Position numbers and translations under genes: made by a program
Source: Caldisericota bacterium
GTDB lineage: Bacteria; Caldisericota; Caldisericia; JAAYUI01
Direction: 5' to 3'
Length of the DNA: 64,000 bases
NCBI GenBank assembly: GCA_029548865.1
Contig: JAKPMO010000015.1
Location: 80,445 to 144,444, forward strand
Shown here: positions 40,501-48,800 of the stretch, piece by piece
How the letters are laid out: each line of letters begins with the position of its first letter
How positions within the stretch are numbered: position 1 is the stretch's first letter
Notes under the pieces: model-generated
The model's input: the letters and a program-made list of their open reading frames with translations, nothing else
The model's database searches: none
What the model was told of the DNA's origin: nothing

Positions 40501-40574
40501 CCAAAATGGGTCTTGTAACCCAGGTAAATGATGCAGACAAGACAGTCATGATAATCCTCGACAGGAAACCCTGA
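31557..40574 (+). CDS. Giant secreted protein (about 3005 aa), paralog A: Cys/Trp/Tyr-rich body, EF-hand-like Ca loops, C-terminal Ig-like repeats and a copper-amine-oxidase-N-terminal-type (stalk) domain
   Basis: ATG at 31557 after the RBS AAAGGAGAG; the track's TTG is at 31551. Signal peptide MKKTISILIATLMLMTVLPVFGNASMARA. The C-terminal 110 aa match the Cu_amine_oxidN1 fold pattern. Ig-like repeats TVTINGKPATTKGDKFTGTAKL..ATDGSGNTT. Long collinear blocks are shared with 45846..55082. Confidence 0.8.
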   Translation: MKKTISILIATLMLMTVLPVFGNASMARAENSNANGVFVAVRFEASGWRFSGNSHVTMPNQEIIWGRPPQYPMPANIHAWTEFYLDVVPAAGMSTESNHWYAVIDTDGNLWFDSDGNFHDCRYYKYADPEDPDYGTDAASTIDNCQTNPHARFDPTSANNTQGPYQVPRGNNISGAIGAITPFSKSANPTYFMDPKTGRTFRIGIADLVARNSGVVGTSWINPATGNPLVSNPAPEWDQGMALERFLDGYGPGAPPVPPAEPVPNVYYNIGGYFYLNNLDSWNFGEEWHAVNATGNREMGPFDGIHDNQQTYVEGDWIYRRGANGANNLVSGYDYTQTGAGGQASFPHYYGDTRLVPVVTQNVLGRVIRYPAGSAVRDRAPFSTRDAGDDFDVGTPCYRFPLSDTNFSAFGNPPVSLSGNAWPGSTVGDTVHLQLTWGVNGMFDYTTVISPSGTISIAEGIYEKGLDGMRANTVEQYDLRLSHWSTGAEAFLTNPTAYIQPGDALIMSEVLTGGCASPVYNISIETDLWQGVVPSKTMAAIRTPNGEVTFQAQNIQKATVLGPNSQTFAVPACSFENIKLDYREYLGVEIWYDDGVDNNIGADGVNRCLPNNGSDDYVPGSVGELFLGCQDNIADTDIGLGMDAIFGRVTDQAVLPMSDFYQQDPVGNPNFGAPVRFFDTNNAQGGGYGIINYYGCGEALYRDIDYLLAATTGGLGAFEISPGDVRLSDVTVVRRDPITGAQTIISYEAGSTVAQGDADVNLRPGTGPNVLYHPGVVADYVGGNDLSAFYDKYYDIQEYNAYVAGWSFPNPYEPVFLDWKHLDPSDATKWIPLNNQYDLGEFIYDAGPNIETNGWTYAGSIVTAYGNVQDGFIRLTNVSYAGQYYKCGTVCSIYDQWRTNAPVYGITFGNNGDKRFMDMEVIPGSAGATMTVSKPFQVEQTSHVKITLDPAPKAGHWDGNTWIPDERGYVLFQGIGKYEMGKGEPRNLNNMLFEITPNRPTAEFEFTPYRGSCDETGRADRPGSSYGLITTYVIRDNGGQRPAPPDGYYGDYFWDLHGMSSNQFVGKTFKERVKGRFVPWAQDNFYHPEGNLPYPPLPADLQNNYDCFDVFYDKVNPEKLVLTANRLCITTLDQRFPNVSIKLTDADNENDVNDPAGVPFSIPFDLTARQYEGFHANIVNYNCNGGGIAWMAVAVPANTSAQHKFIVQYNTDGTYYYWYWYEPPQNPIDTQYPQVPWALDPNDYLLGEEYTGTFPIPNTTAIKKTPVFVDNRVSLEDIDCSQGTGNCDVCEVPGLRKLGDITGYVGYPLRSDRIGIFDGTFGYIVKYGVPTYVTGYGQVTPSDTGGECLLAVKPKDGSTHLNIRIYSNMTTFDYNSTIAHPAITNGGPFFVYDKMINGSYHEGIDYCGTLDMKVYPPDPYVNFAEFTIVDHALQFSDVHYTAGTTTARYLGPLSPLNIPTPQIQAPYDPILRYVSTEFRCYPGGQTHAGRVTGQVWGGRGGPFGWNAYPAIWSKKMNERLTNEQFGKLGTEFFPLTDYGFYFIVKDGEGRHLSFNPDWEIDRRMVRMEIVGPFARPKVIDRTTGSVTTQYEYNGLKQVPISYDWTGKIVIDQTNYKDFEYQEVRADWNGDAGSDPFTPYQGIPNENRQYRKSNDLIKKLHNLNFSSVGYGTPVGPGMVENTDNVIVVDELIPWQPGKILIYVTLADGTFKMYQDCCTAPPVDGVDVHALGINYVISDDPAIRNAPLGIDNKVEVTLSENQPIQTNKECNDAVVYIWQDRGVQRAGKDLMFGAGDGWITNPPGSTRFYYGRSDGSSSQYDTTWDNEPIDVNGDSKVTFKDWETEICGSYDMATNTWNAGIIDARTFQRNNGIYVFELTDSNRCRVETSGLDFGGEEGIGDPPDHIISDKELLPLYVTAYKYGDDNNDRAFSPFWDPSPMQDTYQQSNPSANRMRYSHEVYLAGQIAIPVEPLDDLIVTVASPKLLTAGITPELISPDTPLTFEVKNAEGGNVDLSQGIKDVYNENLVKEDHIWNYLFKDPYIDDFYYYGPGSSLPQYFFVRTNLHNRDLGVDNNEELFSVRTLNTSTCDETISIPFRPIKVDFSQAKNGKYIFRGFCANDVTTWKGEEGSPDEEKWLKDHQFIVHVYTPDRKHRGTVVVPIESPKVSYEIVNAEDPNLTFYSSPGDPDFVMTAGDNRMYKIRVTITDAEGRLVKGVTKGVSVCGGGVKNTARFTPFVTRPDSFDFDFNPCQGTPCGTKIYPHVGFDFDASEKKDGITNAIDPGNKELYQFGGFTLNTRLEYQKCRDRVESGYVEYNSTCYWYRDKNEWEVDYVNPKDPTLKGWAINKRIPPNLEFSLTGASEPLARGWGLGNIYNYPYWGGALFADIDSNGELDYHDALGLDVNAQTEFFLFAEDACFVGGLVGSNTYVNSRNEADVAGYPPRFRTDPREIQRRFKYTVSNDQTFYLDWEAWPDHVAQVAPPKVKVLDASTGNREEIGKEFLNGDNYDLIYNWANQLICEIRPADERDVPMHPDGYIMMVGNQHEQAVYGRTKPSAEDEKVMETTIEFTPTGLGEATINMFYLQKNKYFCAGSDVCNQVIKMVKPEFYGVKVQKFDVGKGLEITAETIEDLTPKANGKIFITVKEYGAGAPVAGAKVKVSGLGVDQTKTTNGKGEVEIEVAPNATGFLKIEATADNFKGSSTKIMVGSDKTPPMLEIDPVVPITNKDEVQITGTTESGSTVTINGKPATTKGDKFTGTAKLQNGKNTIVVVATDGSGNTTTKMVYVTLDKEGPAIMVDAVGENNTVYGKDSIKLKGRVDADSKVTVKDMSGAVVGEATVVHDMWILDNVKLAPAPSKNEFKIEATDLAGNTSSVMVTITNIDRVIMTLKQGDVNAMVGNTPNALPLAPKGTEFSTPVDFIKLLGGTVDFNPATNTVQIQINSHTLIATIGSNKVQIDGNEKTIQSAPTLSGSLVVVPAVDICAKMGLVTQVNDADKTVMIILDRKP

Positions 40575-40600
40575 TAGAAGAGAGATTGTAACAACCAACA

Positions 40601-40632
40601 AAAAAAGCCCCCGGAAACGGGGGCTTTTTTAT
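40601..40632 (+). terminator. Rho-independent terminator of giant gene A
   Basis: AAAAAAAGCCCCCGGAAACGGGGGCTTTTTTATTT. Confidence 0.7.
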
Positions 40633-40792
40633 TTCATGGCGCATCCATAAAAAGGAGCGGTCAATAGCGGAAAATTATATTGGATCCAGGAATTAAATAT
40701 AATTGAAGTGAAAGCTTTTCCATCAAAGCTGATGAATTTGTAGCTGAACGCTTGAAGAAAAATTTGTTTTTAGAAAGCTTTTTTGAATAGGA

Positions 40793-41869
40793 TTATGATT
40801 TTTTTGGACAGCCGGTTGCAAAATGGCTGCATTTTGGTTTGCACCCCAAACACTTTATGATTGGAGCTTCAATTTCACCAAGCACTTTTCTTGTCCAGAG
40901 TGGATCGGAGAGAGTGGCACGACACACACAAACAAGATCAGCGATGCCTTGCTCGAGGACAACTTCGCAATCTTCTTTTGTTGTTATCCTTCCAGCAATG
41001 GCAACAGGACAGACGCCAGCATTTTTTATTGCCCTGGCAAGAGGGGCAAAATTCAGCCTTCTTGAAGTCTGGCTTCCACCAAGCTTCGAAGGAGCTACGC
41101 CCACCGAGACATTAATCAGGTCTGCACCAACCTCTTTGAAAAGCTTTGCCGCTTTCACACCATCGTTGATATTGAGGCCACCTTTTACCATGTCACATGC
41201 GCCGAGGCGCACTGACAGGATTTTTTCTGGCCCAATTATTTTTCTGGTTTCAGACACTATTTCTTTTGCAAGCCTCGATCTATTTTCAAAAGAGCCGCCA
41301 TAAGCGTCATTTCTTGCATTTGATGACGGCGAGAGAAATTGGGAGAGGAGATAGCCATGGGCGTTGTGGATTTCCACACCATCAAAACCGGCCTCAATGG
41401 CCATTCTGGCAGAATTTACAAAGCACTCTTTGACAAAACTGATATCATCAAGCGTCATCTCCCTTGGTGTCAGGCCGTTCTCGAAGGGAATGGCTGACGG
41501 GGCGATGCAGTCCGGATTCAGGCTCATCCTTCCTGAATGAACGAGCTGGATGATTGCCGGTATGCCAAAGGATTTTATTGAACTGGCCACTTGTCTGAGG
41601 CTGTCGAGATGTAAACTGCTGATTGCACCAAGCTGTTTGAAACCGAATATTCTGCCTAGTTCGTGGACGTATGTTGCTTCAACAATGACAATCGAGGCCC
41701 CGGAAAGCGCGCTTTGCCTGTATGAATCAAGCAACTTTTCTGTTGCCATGCCATCATCTGTTGCAAGATTTCTGACAAATGGAGGAACAACTATCCTGTT
41801 TTTGAGTGCAAAGTTTTTTATCTGGAAGAAGCTCTCTACCATAAAAGAAATGATAGCATGCGAGTTCAT
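40793..41869 (-). CDS. NADH:flavin oxidoreductase (Old Yellow Enzyme family) with C-terminal Cys cluster
   Basis: TIM-barrel OYE motifs (HNAHGYLLSQFLSP). C-terminal CLGCKPKCSHFATGCP. The track ORF extends to 42031 across a terminator hairpin and into the permease gene. The ATG at 41869 (MNSHAIISFMVESFFQIKN...) is more plausible; the ATG at 41842 is an alternative. Confidence 0.65.
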   Translation of the reverse strand: MNSHAIISFMVESFFQIKNFALKNRIVVPPFVRNLATDDGMATEKLLDSYRQSALSGASIVIVEATYVHELGRIFGFKQLGAISSLHLDSLRQVASSIKSFGIPAIIQLVHSGRMSLNPDCIAPSAIPFENGLTPREMTLDDISFVKECFVNSARMAIEAGFDGVEIHNAHGYLLSQFLSPSSNARNDAYGGSFENRSRLAKEIVSETRKIIGPEKILSVRLGACDMVKGGLNINDGVKAAKLFKEVGADLINVSVGVAPSKLGGSQTSRRLNFAPLARAIKNAGVCPVAIAGRITTKEDCEVVLEQGIADLVCVCRATLSDPLWTRKVLGEIEAPIIKCLGCKPKCSHFATGCPKKS

Positions 41870-41892
41870 TTTTTGAAGTGGTGGAAAACAAA

Positions 41893-41935
41893 AAAAGAGA
41901 CCTTTCCACTTTTTTATGAAAAGGTCTCTTTTTTG
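41893..41935. terminator. Bidirectional terminator hairpin
   Basis: AAGAGACCTTTC-(12-nt loop)-GAAAAGGTCTCTT, with T-runs on both strands. Confidence 0.5.
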
Positions 41936-41951
41936 GCGAATTGCTTTTTCT

Positions 41952-42659
41952 TTATCTGAGGACCATCTTCTCCCTTGAGAACATGCCGATTGTTGCAAGG
42001 AATATGGCAATGCCCAGAATGGCGAGGCCAACGCCGATTATTGTGTAGGAAAGCATCAGTGGGATATTGAGCGGGTTTCCAAAAATAACCCATGCGACAA
42101 GGCCTATGAATGGCAGTTCCGGGAGGGTCGAAAGACCCGCGCCCATTTTGGTGTTTTTGACCTTGGTAGAGATCAGCATGCCTATCGATGTGGAAAACAG
42201 ACAAAAAGCCATTGGCATTAGCAGATAAACCAAAAGAAGCGGAAGGTTGTCCTGAAAGAGAAATATTGGTGAGCCTGCCGGTCTTGCAAGAAGGTTGTAT
42301 GAGATGATGTATATGAGGATTGTTGATATGTAGGATATTGCACCAAGCATAACGGCAAACAGTGATTTGCCAAGGACCAGTGCCGAGTCAGAGAGTCTTG
42401 TTGTCAGAAGCGTTGGTAGTGTGTTGGTCTCTTTTTCACCGGCAAAAGCATAGACAGTTTCAATACTTGAGATAAGCGCTGCAACAAGCATCAAAAGGAG
42501 CGGAAGTGCAGGGTTTTTGTCTGGGGACAGCATCGGTGCCGTCAGTGGGAACATTATCCCATAAATAACAGGGAGTATTACAACACCTATCATTATTTCC
42601 TTGTTGGCCATGGTCTGAAGTCTTTCCTTCCACGCCACAAGCCTGATGTCACGCCACAT
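41952..42659 (-). CDS. ABC-2 family transporter permease
   Basis: 235 aa with six predicted TM helices. 11-nt overlap with the upstream ATPase gene. Confidence 0.6.
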   Translation of the reverse strand: MWRDIRLVAWKERLQTMANKEIMIGVVILPVIYGIMFPLTAPMLSPDKNPALPLLLMLVAALISSIETVYAFAGEKETNTLPTLLTTRLSDSALVLGKSLFAVMLGAISYISTILIYIISYNLLARPAGSPIFLFQDNLPLLLVYLLMPMAFCLFSTSIGMLISTKVKNTKMGAGLSTLPELPFIGLVAWVIFGNPLNIPLMLSYTIIGVGLAILGIAIFLATIGMFSREKMVLR

Positions 42660-43587
42660 TGTTTTCCTCCACCAGCTCTATAAAGATATCTTCAAGCGAG
42701 AGCTTTTCCTGCCTCACTTCATATATCAGTGCACCCTCGGCCACGAGCTTCTGGATTAGGATTGGTATTCTCTCTTCAGAACTAAGTTCGTAGTACAAAA
42801 AATCGCCATCAGTCCTGGAAAGCCTGCCAAGGTCGCCAGTGACTTTTGATGCGATTTCTTTGCTAATGTTTTTTGCTGTGACTACAACCGAATGTTTGCC
42901 AGAATTTTTCCTTAGCTCCTCAACAGTGCCGCAGGCAAGTATCTTGCCGCTTTTTATGATGGCAACGCTGTCACAGACCCTTTGTGCCTCGTCCAGCCTG
43001 TGGGTGTTGAGAAAAACCGTTGTCCCTCTTTTTCTGGCCAGTTCCAGTATCAGGTCCCTGAATCCGGCAGACGAGACCGGATCAAGGTTTGCTGTTGGCT
43101 CATCAAGAAACAGGATTTCAGGTTCGCAGAGCATTGCGCGTGCAAGTGCGGCTTTTTGCCTCATCCCCTTCGAGAGCGTCGCACATCTTTTTTTGGAGTA
43201 ATCAGAGAGAGAAAAGAATTCAAGCTCATCCTTTATCCTCTCCCTGATCTTTTTTTCGTTCATGTTTTGCGCTCTTCCAAAGAACAAGAGATTTTCGTAG
43301 AGCGTCATGGTGTCGTAAATACCTGGCTCTTCAAGCAAACACCCTATCCTTGAACGGAGTTCACTGCCGTCACTTCCAGGATCGAGGCCAAGAACCTTTA
43401 CACTTCCAGCATTTGGTTTCAGCAAACCGGTAAGAACATACAGGGTGGTAGTTTTTCCTGCACCATTTGGGCCAAGAAAACCAAATACAGACCCTTTTTT
43501 GACATTAAAGGTAATGCCGCTGACAGCCTCAAATTTCCCATAGAAACGCTTGAGGTTTTCAACGCTTATTGCGATTTCGTTTGTCAT
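42649..43587 (-). CDS. ABC transporter ATP-binding protein
   Basis: Walker A GPNGAGKTT, signature LSKGMRQK, Walker B ILFLDEPT. Confidence 0.85.
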   Translation of the reverse strand: MTNEIAISVENLKRFYGKFEAVSGITFNVKKGSVFGFLGPNGAGKTTTLYVLTGLLKPNAGSVKVLGLDPGSDGSELRSRIGCLLEEPGIYDTMTLYENLLFFGRAQNMNEKKIRERIKDELEFFSLSDYSKKRCATLSKGMRQKAALARAMLCEPEILFLDEPTANLDPVSSAGFRDLILELARKRGTTVFLNTHRLDEAQRVCDSVAIIKSGKILACGTVEELRKNSGKHSVVVTAKNISKEIASKVTGDLGRLSRTDGDFLYYELSSEERIPILIQKLVAEGALIYEVRQEKLSLEDIFIELVEENNVA

Positions 43588-44435
43588 TTCCCGCTCTTTA
43601 AGTCTCCGAGGTTTAGTATGACTCCGCCGCCATCACCAGACATTACCTGGGGCAGGGTTCCGTTCCATTTTTCAATCCATCTGTTCTGGAGTATGGCTTG
43701 CGTGAGCGATTGGTTGACAAGCTGTTGTTCAATCTTTTTTGCCTCTGCATTGACCTGGGCAATTTCTTTGTTTTTCATAGCTTCTTGTCTTTTGTATTCG
43801 GCCCTGAGCGCGTCCTGTTCGGCAACCTGTTTGCGCTCAATGGCATCTGTATACTCTTTCGAGAATGTTATGTTGACGAGGTTAACATCTTCAAAAATAA
43901 CACCTATTCTCTTGCTCGGGTCTTTGTCTTCACGGTCCATCCTGATATTAAGCTCTTTTATTATTGAGTCTCTTATTTTGAGTCTGTTCAGATGAATCTG
44001 GTCAGTGACGTAGTCTGGGATTATTTCCTTGACCACTTGGGACACACTTGGCTCGACGACCCTGGCCGATATGTTATCGAGGGAATTAAACCTTCTGATC
44101 ATGTCCTGAACCATTATTGGGTCAAGCCTGTAATTTACAGTGATGTCAATAATGACATCCTGTTGCTGTTTTGAAAAAGTCTCCAGTTTGCCCTGGTACA
44201 TCTGGGTTTGCACACTGACCAGCTTTGCCTGGTCAACGAACGGAATAAGGAAATTGAGTCCTTCGCCCCTTTGACCCGTGATTGCGCCAAACCTCTGGAC
44301 AACGCCGACGCTACCCGCTGGGATGACAACAAAACCGTTCCAGATAATAATCACTGCAAGAACTATTGCAGCAATCAAAAGAATATTCTTTGTATTGTTC
44401 TTGCGCGGATTCCCTTCAACATATCTTTCAGCCAT
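43584..44435 (-). CDS. SPFH/band-7 (prohibitin/HflC-like) membrane protein
   Basis: N-terminal TM helix, SPFH core (VIPAGSVGVVQRFG...), and a C-terminal coiled coil (EAMKNKEIAQVNAEAKKIEQQL). Confidence 0.75.
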   Translation of the reverse strand: MAERYVEGNPRKNNTKNILLIAAIVLAVIIIWNGFVVIPAGSVGVVQRFGAITGQRGEGLNFLIPFVDQAKLVSVQTQMYQGKLETFSKQQQDVIIDITVNYRLDPIMVQDMIRRFNSLDNISARVVEPSVSQVVKEIIPDYVTDQIHLNRLKIRDSIIKELNIRMDREDKDPSKRIGVIFEDVNLVNITFSKEYTDAIERKQVAEQDALRAEYKRQEAMKNKEIAQVNAEAKKIEQQLVNQSLTQAILQNRWIEKWNGTLPQVMSGDGGGVILNLGDLKSGK

Positions 44436-44516
44436 TTTTAATTCCTCCTTTGTCTCTTTGAAACATTATACATTGACACCAAACAAAGGAAATGGTTTTA
44501 GGTCTAGTTAAATCTT

Positions 44517-44957
44517 CTAGTTTGTACGTTTTTGGCTCTGGTATGTGACCTTTGTCTGGCCGTATTCGGAATATATTTTTACCGAGAGCCATAACCCCTC
44601 TCTGAAAGCAACCAGTTGCGCCATACCAAACTCTTTGTTTATGAATGAGCTTTGGACCTCAATTTTCCAGCCCATTGTTTTTAGCTCACGATTGAGGGCC
44701 ATATATACATTACTATAGTCATCTTGCGTTTTGAGGCTCCCATTGAAGGTTGGAGGGTATGAGTTTTCAATATATATCCCGGCTACGGGATCAATCTCCG
44801 GGTTACTTGGTACAGGATAAATTGATGGAATATCGTCTATACTTTTGGTTATTGACAGGGATTTTTGGTATATTTCCTCATTGTTTATTTGCTGAATGCA
44901 AGATACCAATGATAGTATTGATAACAATATTATTATTGCAAAAGTAATGCGTTTCAT
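44517..44957 (-). CDS. Small lipoprotein
   Basis: The likely start MKRITFAIIILLSILSLVSCIQQ (signal plus lipobox) is at 44957. The track extends upstream to 45059 without support. Confidence 0.45.
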   Translation of the reverse strand: MKRITFAIIILLSILSLVSCIQQINNEEIYQKSLSITKSIDDIPSIYPVPSNPEIDPVAGIYIENSYPPTFNGSLKTQDDYSNVYMALNRELKTMGWKIEVQSSFINKEFGMAQLVAFREGLWLSVKIYSEYGQTKVTYQSQKRTN

Positions 44958-45130
44958 TACTGGTATTAAAATGCAGTAAAGCTGATCTGTCAATATGATT
45001 AAAATATACAAATATGTATATTTATTACCAATTTCATGGTTTTTATAAATCGTTCCCACTAATGCAAAGGTTGCTCATAGTCAATCAAATGCTGTCTTGT
45101 AGATGATTATTTTGATTGTGAAAAATATTC

Positions 45131-45201
45131 TTATGTGTCATATATGCACATAAGAAAAATATGCCCGGCAGTTGACATGTCTTTACCCTAAATGCTATAA
45201 A
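45131..45201 (+). promoter_or_regulatory. Promoter of the Fis-like gene with an upstream operator-like palindrome
   Basis: Perfect inverted repeat TTATGTG-N9-CACATAA (45131-45153). TTGACA (45172-45177), 18-bp spacer, TATAAA (45196-45201). The ATG is at 45219. Confidence 0.4.
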
Positions 45202-45218
45202 ACCCTTTGAGGTGATAT

Positions 45219-45512
45219 ATGGAAATTCAATCCGACGTTCTCAGTGACACTCTGAAGGCCAGCCTTATAAGTGAAATAGCAAAACATGTTGGTGTCGAGG
45301 AGACCGAAGTAATGCTAAAATCTGTTTCTTTCGATTTTTCAAATGAAACACTTAATCTCAAGGATGTAACAAGAAAGACCATCATAAGGGCAATAGCCAG
45401 GTCCGGTGGCAAAATATCTCATGCTGCAAAACAGTTGGGCATCACCAGAAAAACGCTTTATGCAATGATCAAAAAATACGAACTTGGTTCTATATTACAC
45501 ATACATGAGTAG
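45219..45512 (+). CDS. Fis-family small DNA-binding protein (standalone HTH_8)
   Basis: 97 aa. The C-terminus TRKTIIRAIARSGGKISHAAKQLGITRKTLYAMIKKY is collinear with the Fis / sigma54-activator C-terminal HTH (...[26 protein letters not shown]). It sits 334 bp upstream of giant gene B. Confidence 0.6.
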   Translation: MEIQSDVLSDTLKASLISEIAKHVGVEETEVMLKSVSFDFSNETLNLKDVTRKTIIRAIARSGGKISHAAKQLGITRKTLYAMIKKYELGSILHIHE

Positions 45513-45547
45513 TTGATGCATAATATGTGTTTCATATACTCATTACG

Positions 45548-45572
45548 TGGAGCATTTACTCAAAATGCTCCA
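45548..45572. promoter_or_regulatory. Perfect 10-bp inverted repeat TGGAGCATTT-actca-AAATGCTCCA downstream of the Fis-like gene
   Basis: Read directly. Followed by TTTGCTTG. Could be a terminator of the Fis-like gene or an operator in the giant-gene B leader. Confidence 0.3.
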
Positions 45573-45845
45573 TTTGCTTGATAACCTCCCCTATGGACCC
45601 AAAACGAGAACCTTAATACAAAGTATCGTTGATTGCTAGGTTTTTTCCTGTGGCATGATAATTGCATAATATGACATCGGAGAACCAAACCCTCCAGTCA
45701 TTCTTATTTTTGGTTCTGCTCGTTTCATTTGTAGTAGATATGGACAGTGAGTAATCTTGCTGTTTACTACGCCGCTAGTATTTTTTGCGGCGTTCCGGTT
45801 GCTAGTATTGATGCTACAACCGGTGAATTGAAAGGAGACATTGTG

Positions 45846-48800
45846 ATGAAGAAACTGTTGAGTATTGTGATCGCTACGATCATGGTATTGGGATTCGTCC
45901 CCTTCATGGGCAATCTCAGTACCGCAGCGAACGTAAGCGCTGCCGATGCCACCAACACACCAGCAATCTTCATCGCCAACCGCTGGCAGCCCGTCGGCAC
46001 CAGGTGGAACGGCACAACGCTGGTGGAGGATCGCAACCGTTATTTTAACGGCGTTGGCACTGCTTGGGGCAGGTCGGAATACAAGATGCCAGGCCCAGGC
46101 GCTTACATTGACATCGCTGTTATCGATCCGGCCCGTCCGCTCAGGATTAATGCTACTCCTGACGAAGTAGCCAAGAGGGAACCAACAGGTGTCCAGCTTC
46201 AGCAGCTCACCTCACAACCCCTCTACTGGACCGAGTTCTATCTCACAGTAATACCGGATAAAGGCGCTTCACAGCTTTATGACCACTGGTATGCTGTTGT
46301 TGACAACATGGGACAGCTCTGGTTCGACCCGGATGGCCGTTTCAATGACAGCCGCTATTATGCAGCCGCTGATCCAGAAACCGAGGCCTACAGGGCAATA
46401 ACCGGTGGTTCTGGTTCTGACAACTGCAAGAACAACCCATACATGAAGGTTGACTCGTCCGTCGCCAACAATACTCAGGGCCCATACATCTACATGCCCA
46501 CCGACATCTATGGCAACTTCATCATGAATGGTATTACCAGAAAAGAAGAGTATCCGCTTTTCAACTCAACAGGCCTCTTCTTCCGCACCTCACAGGGCAG
46601 GGTTTTCCAGGTCGGTTTTGTCGACATGCCAGACTTCCCGCTTATCAGGGGCGGCGCATCGCCAATCCAGCTCCAGGGTGTTTCAAGACCCAATATTGAG
46701 CAGATTGGAACCAATCTTGTTGATACAACTGTTGGTCAGACTAACGTAATAACTGACACCACAGTTCTTCCATACACAACCCGCCCAATCCTTGATTGGG
46801 ACCGTGATGATGTTGGCAATGGAATCACTGGACTTCCACTCGTCCGCTTCTTGGATGGTTGGGAAGGTGCTGTTATAAATGCACTTCCACCAGCCCCAAT
46901 TCCATACACCAACCCACCAACAATTACTGTCGGTGCATACTTCCAGACAGACAACGACATCTTTAACTACGGCGAAGAATGGCACTCCGCAAATGTAGTT
47001 ATTGATCCTCCAGACACAACCCAGTTCCCATCACCGGCAATGGACATCTATGATCCAGGTGAATATATCTATCGCGCCGGATTTAATGCCCATAACCTGA
47101 ACAGCCGTTATCCAGCCGGTTACGACTATATGCTCCAGCAGGACATCCAGTGGTACCAGTATTATGGCACCACCCGTCTTACCCCGGTCACAATGTTCTT
47201 TAATGGCCTCTTCTTTAACTATGCACCTGGCACAATCGTTCGTGACAGAGGCCCGGCCAATGGTGGCCAGTATGGATATTATGATGCTGGTGATGACGTT
47301 GATCTCAATGATCCAGCTACTCCAACACAGCAGCACACCCTTTATCGTTTCCCAGTTTCTATGGCGAACTTCTCTGGTGTTCCAGGACAAGTTGCACCGA
47401 TCAATGTTACCCAGTACTGCCAGCTCCATGCTGACAACGTAAACTACAACTCCAATCCACGCTGCGCTTCTGGCGATGACATCTATGACCCATACGAAGG
47501 CATTTATATGAAGTCAGAGACAACTGCAAACGTAGTCTCTGGTGACTATCGTATGACAAACCTTAATGGTAATTCTTATGGTCTTGAGTCATGGCTTGGC
47601 CTTGGTGGTGGCGTTGCTTCCTCACTCTATCCATTGATCATGAAGGTCGGTGGAATGTGGTCTGGTGACGTCCTTATCCTTTCAGAGCTTGTTACTGGCG
47701 GCTGCTCTGCCCCGAAATACAACCTCTCAGTCCAGACTGACCTCTGGCAGGGTGTCATCCCGTCCGAAACCGTTGCTGCACTTCGTTCACCAAACAAAGA
47801 GTTTGACAGGACCGCACAGAATATCCAGAAAAATGCTGTTCTTGACCCAACCGGGACAAAATTTGAATATCCGTCCACAGTCTTCCAGGACATGAAATTT
47901 GGATACAGAGAGTATGTTGGAGTTGAAGTCTTCCGTGACGACAACAAGGACTGCAACTGGGGATATCAGTATGCAGGCCCAGTTCCGCCAGGAGAAAACC
48001 TCTTCATGCTCAACCTCTCCGACGATTATCGCCAGGGACATACTGGTGAAATGCATATCGGTATGAAAGATGGATATGCAGCAAAAGACGTTGGTAGAAT
48101 GCTCACACAGTTCTGGCCGGCAAATGCCGACCCACTCCCGCCAAATGGCCCGGCAACACCAAATGAAATAGGTCCACGCTTCTATGACACAACAAACCCA
48201 GGCGGATGGGGCATTGAGAACTATTACGGTGTTGGTGAATCAATTTATCTTGACAACAATGGCAACTACGAGATCGACGCTGGCGACCTTCGTATGTCAG
48301 ACGTCACCGTTCAGCGTGGCGCTATGGGTTTTGCCGAAATAGTCAAGTATGAAAAGGGTTCATATGTCACCGCCGGTGATGCAGACATTGATCTCTGGGG
48401 AGGCGCGAATAATGACCTCTCAGATTTCGTTCCGATATTGACCAATGGTCGTGTTGTTTATTGGCCAGCATTCTATGATGAGCTCATCGAAGATGTGCTC
48501 AATCCTGGTCATTATCTCCCGCCAAATGGCAAGTATGACATCAATGAAGTTATCTATGATTGCTCTTACAATGGCAGCTCCATTGTTGGCCCTGGATTCC
48601 AGAGGCTCATGGATGTTACCCTTGGTGGAATAGTCTACAAAGCTGGTTCGATTGTTCCAGATCCAGACCTCTGGGTTTACCAGATGCCGATCTATGGACT
48701 TTCGATGGGCTATAACTGCGACTACAACTATGCTGATATGATGGCGCTCCCGGGCAAAACCGGAATGAAAGTCACAATTGACAAACCACTCAAGGTTGAA

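Noticed and set aside
31846-40594. Numerous 60-250 aa antisense or alternate-frame ORFs inside giant gene A (for example 33030..33782 -, 38502..38978 -, 39905..40594 -)
   Set aside because: They lie wholly inside a strongly supported long coding frame. They lack start-context or RBS and have low-complexity, codon-mirror composition. Shadow ORFs are expected in long genes.
41870-42031. N-terminal 54 codons of the 412-aa OYE ORF
   Set aside because: The extension crosses a terminator hairpin (41893-41935) and overlaps the 3' end of the ABC permease gene. An internal Met gives a standard OYE N-terminus.
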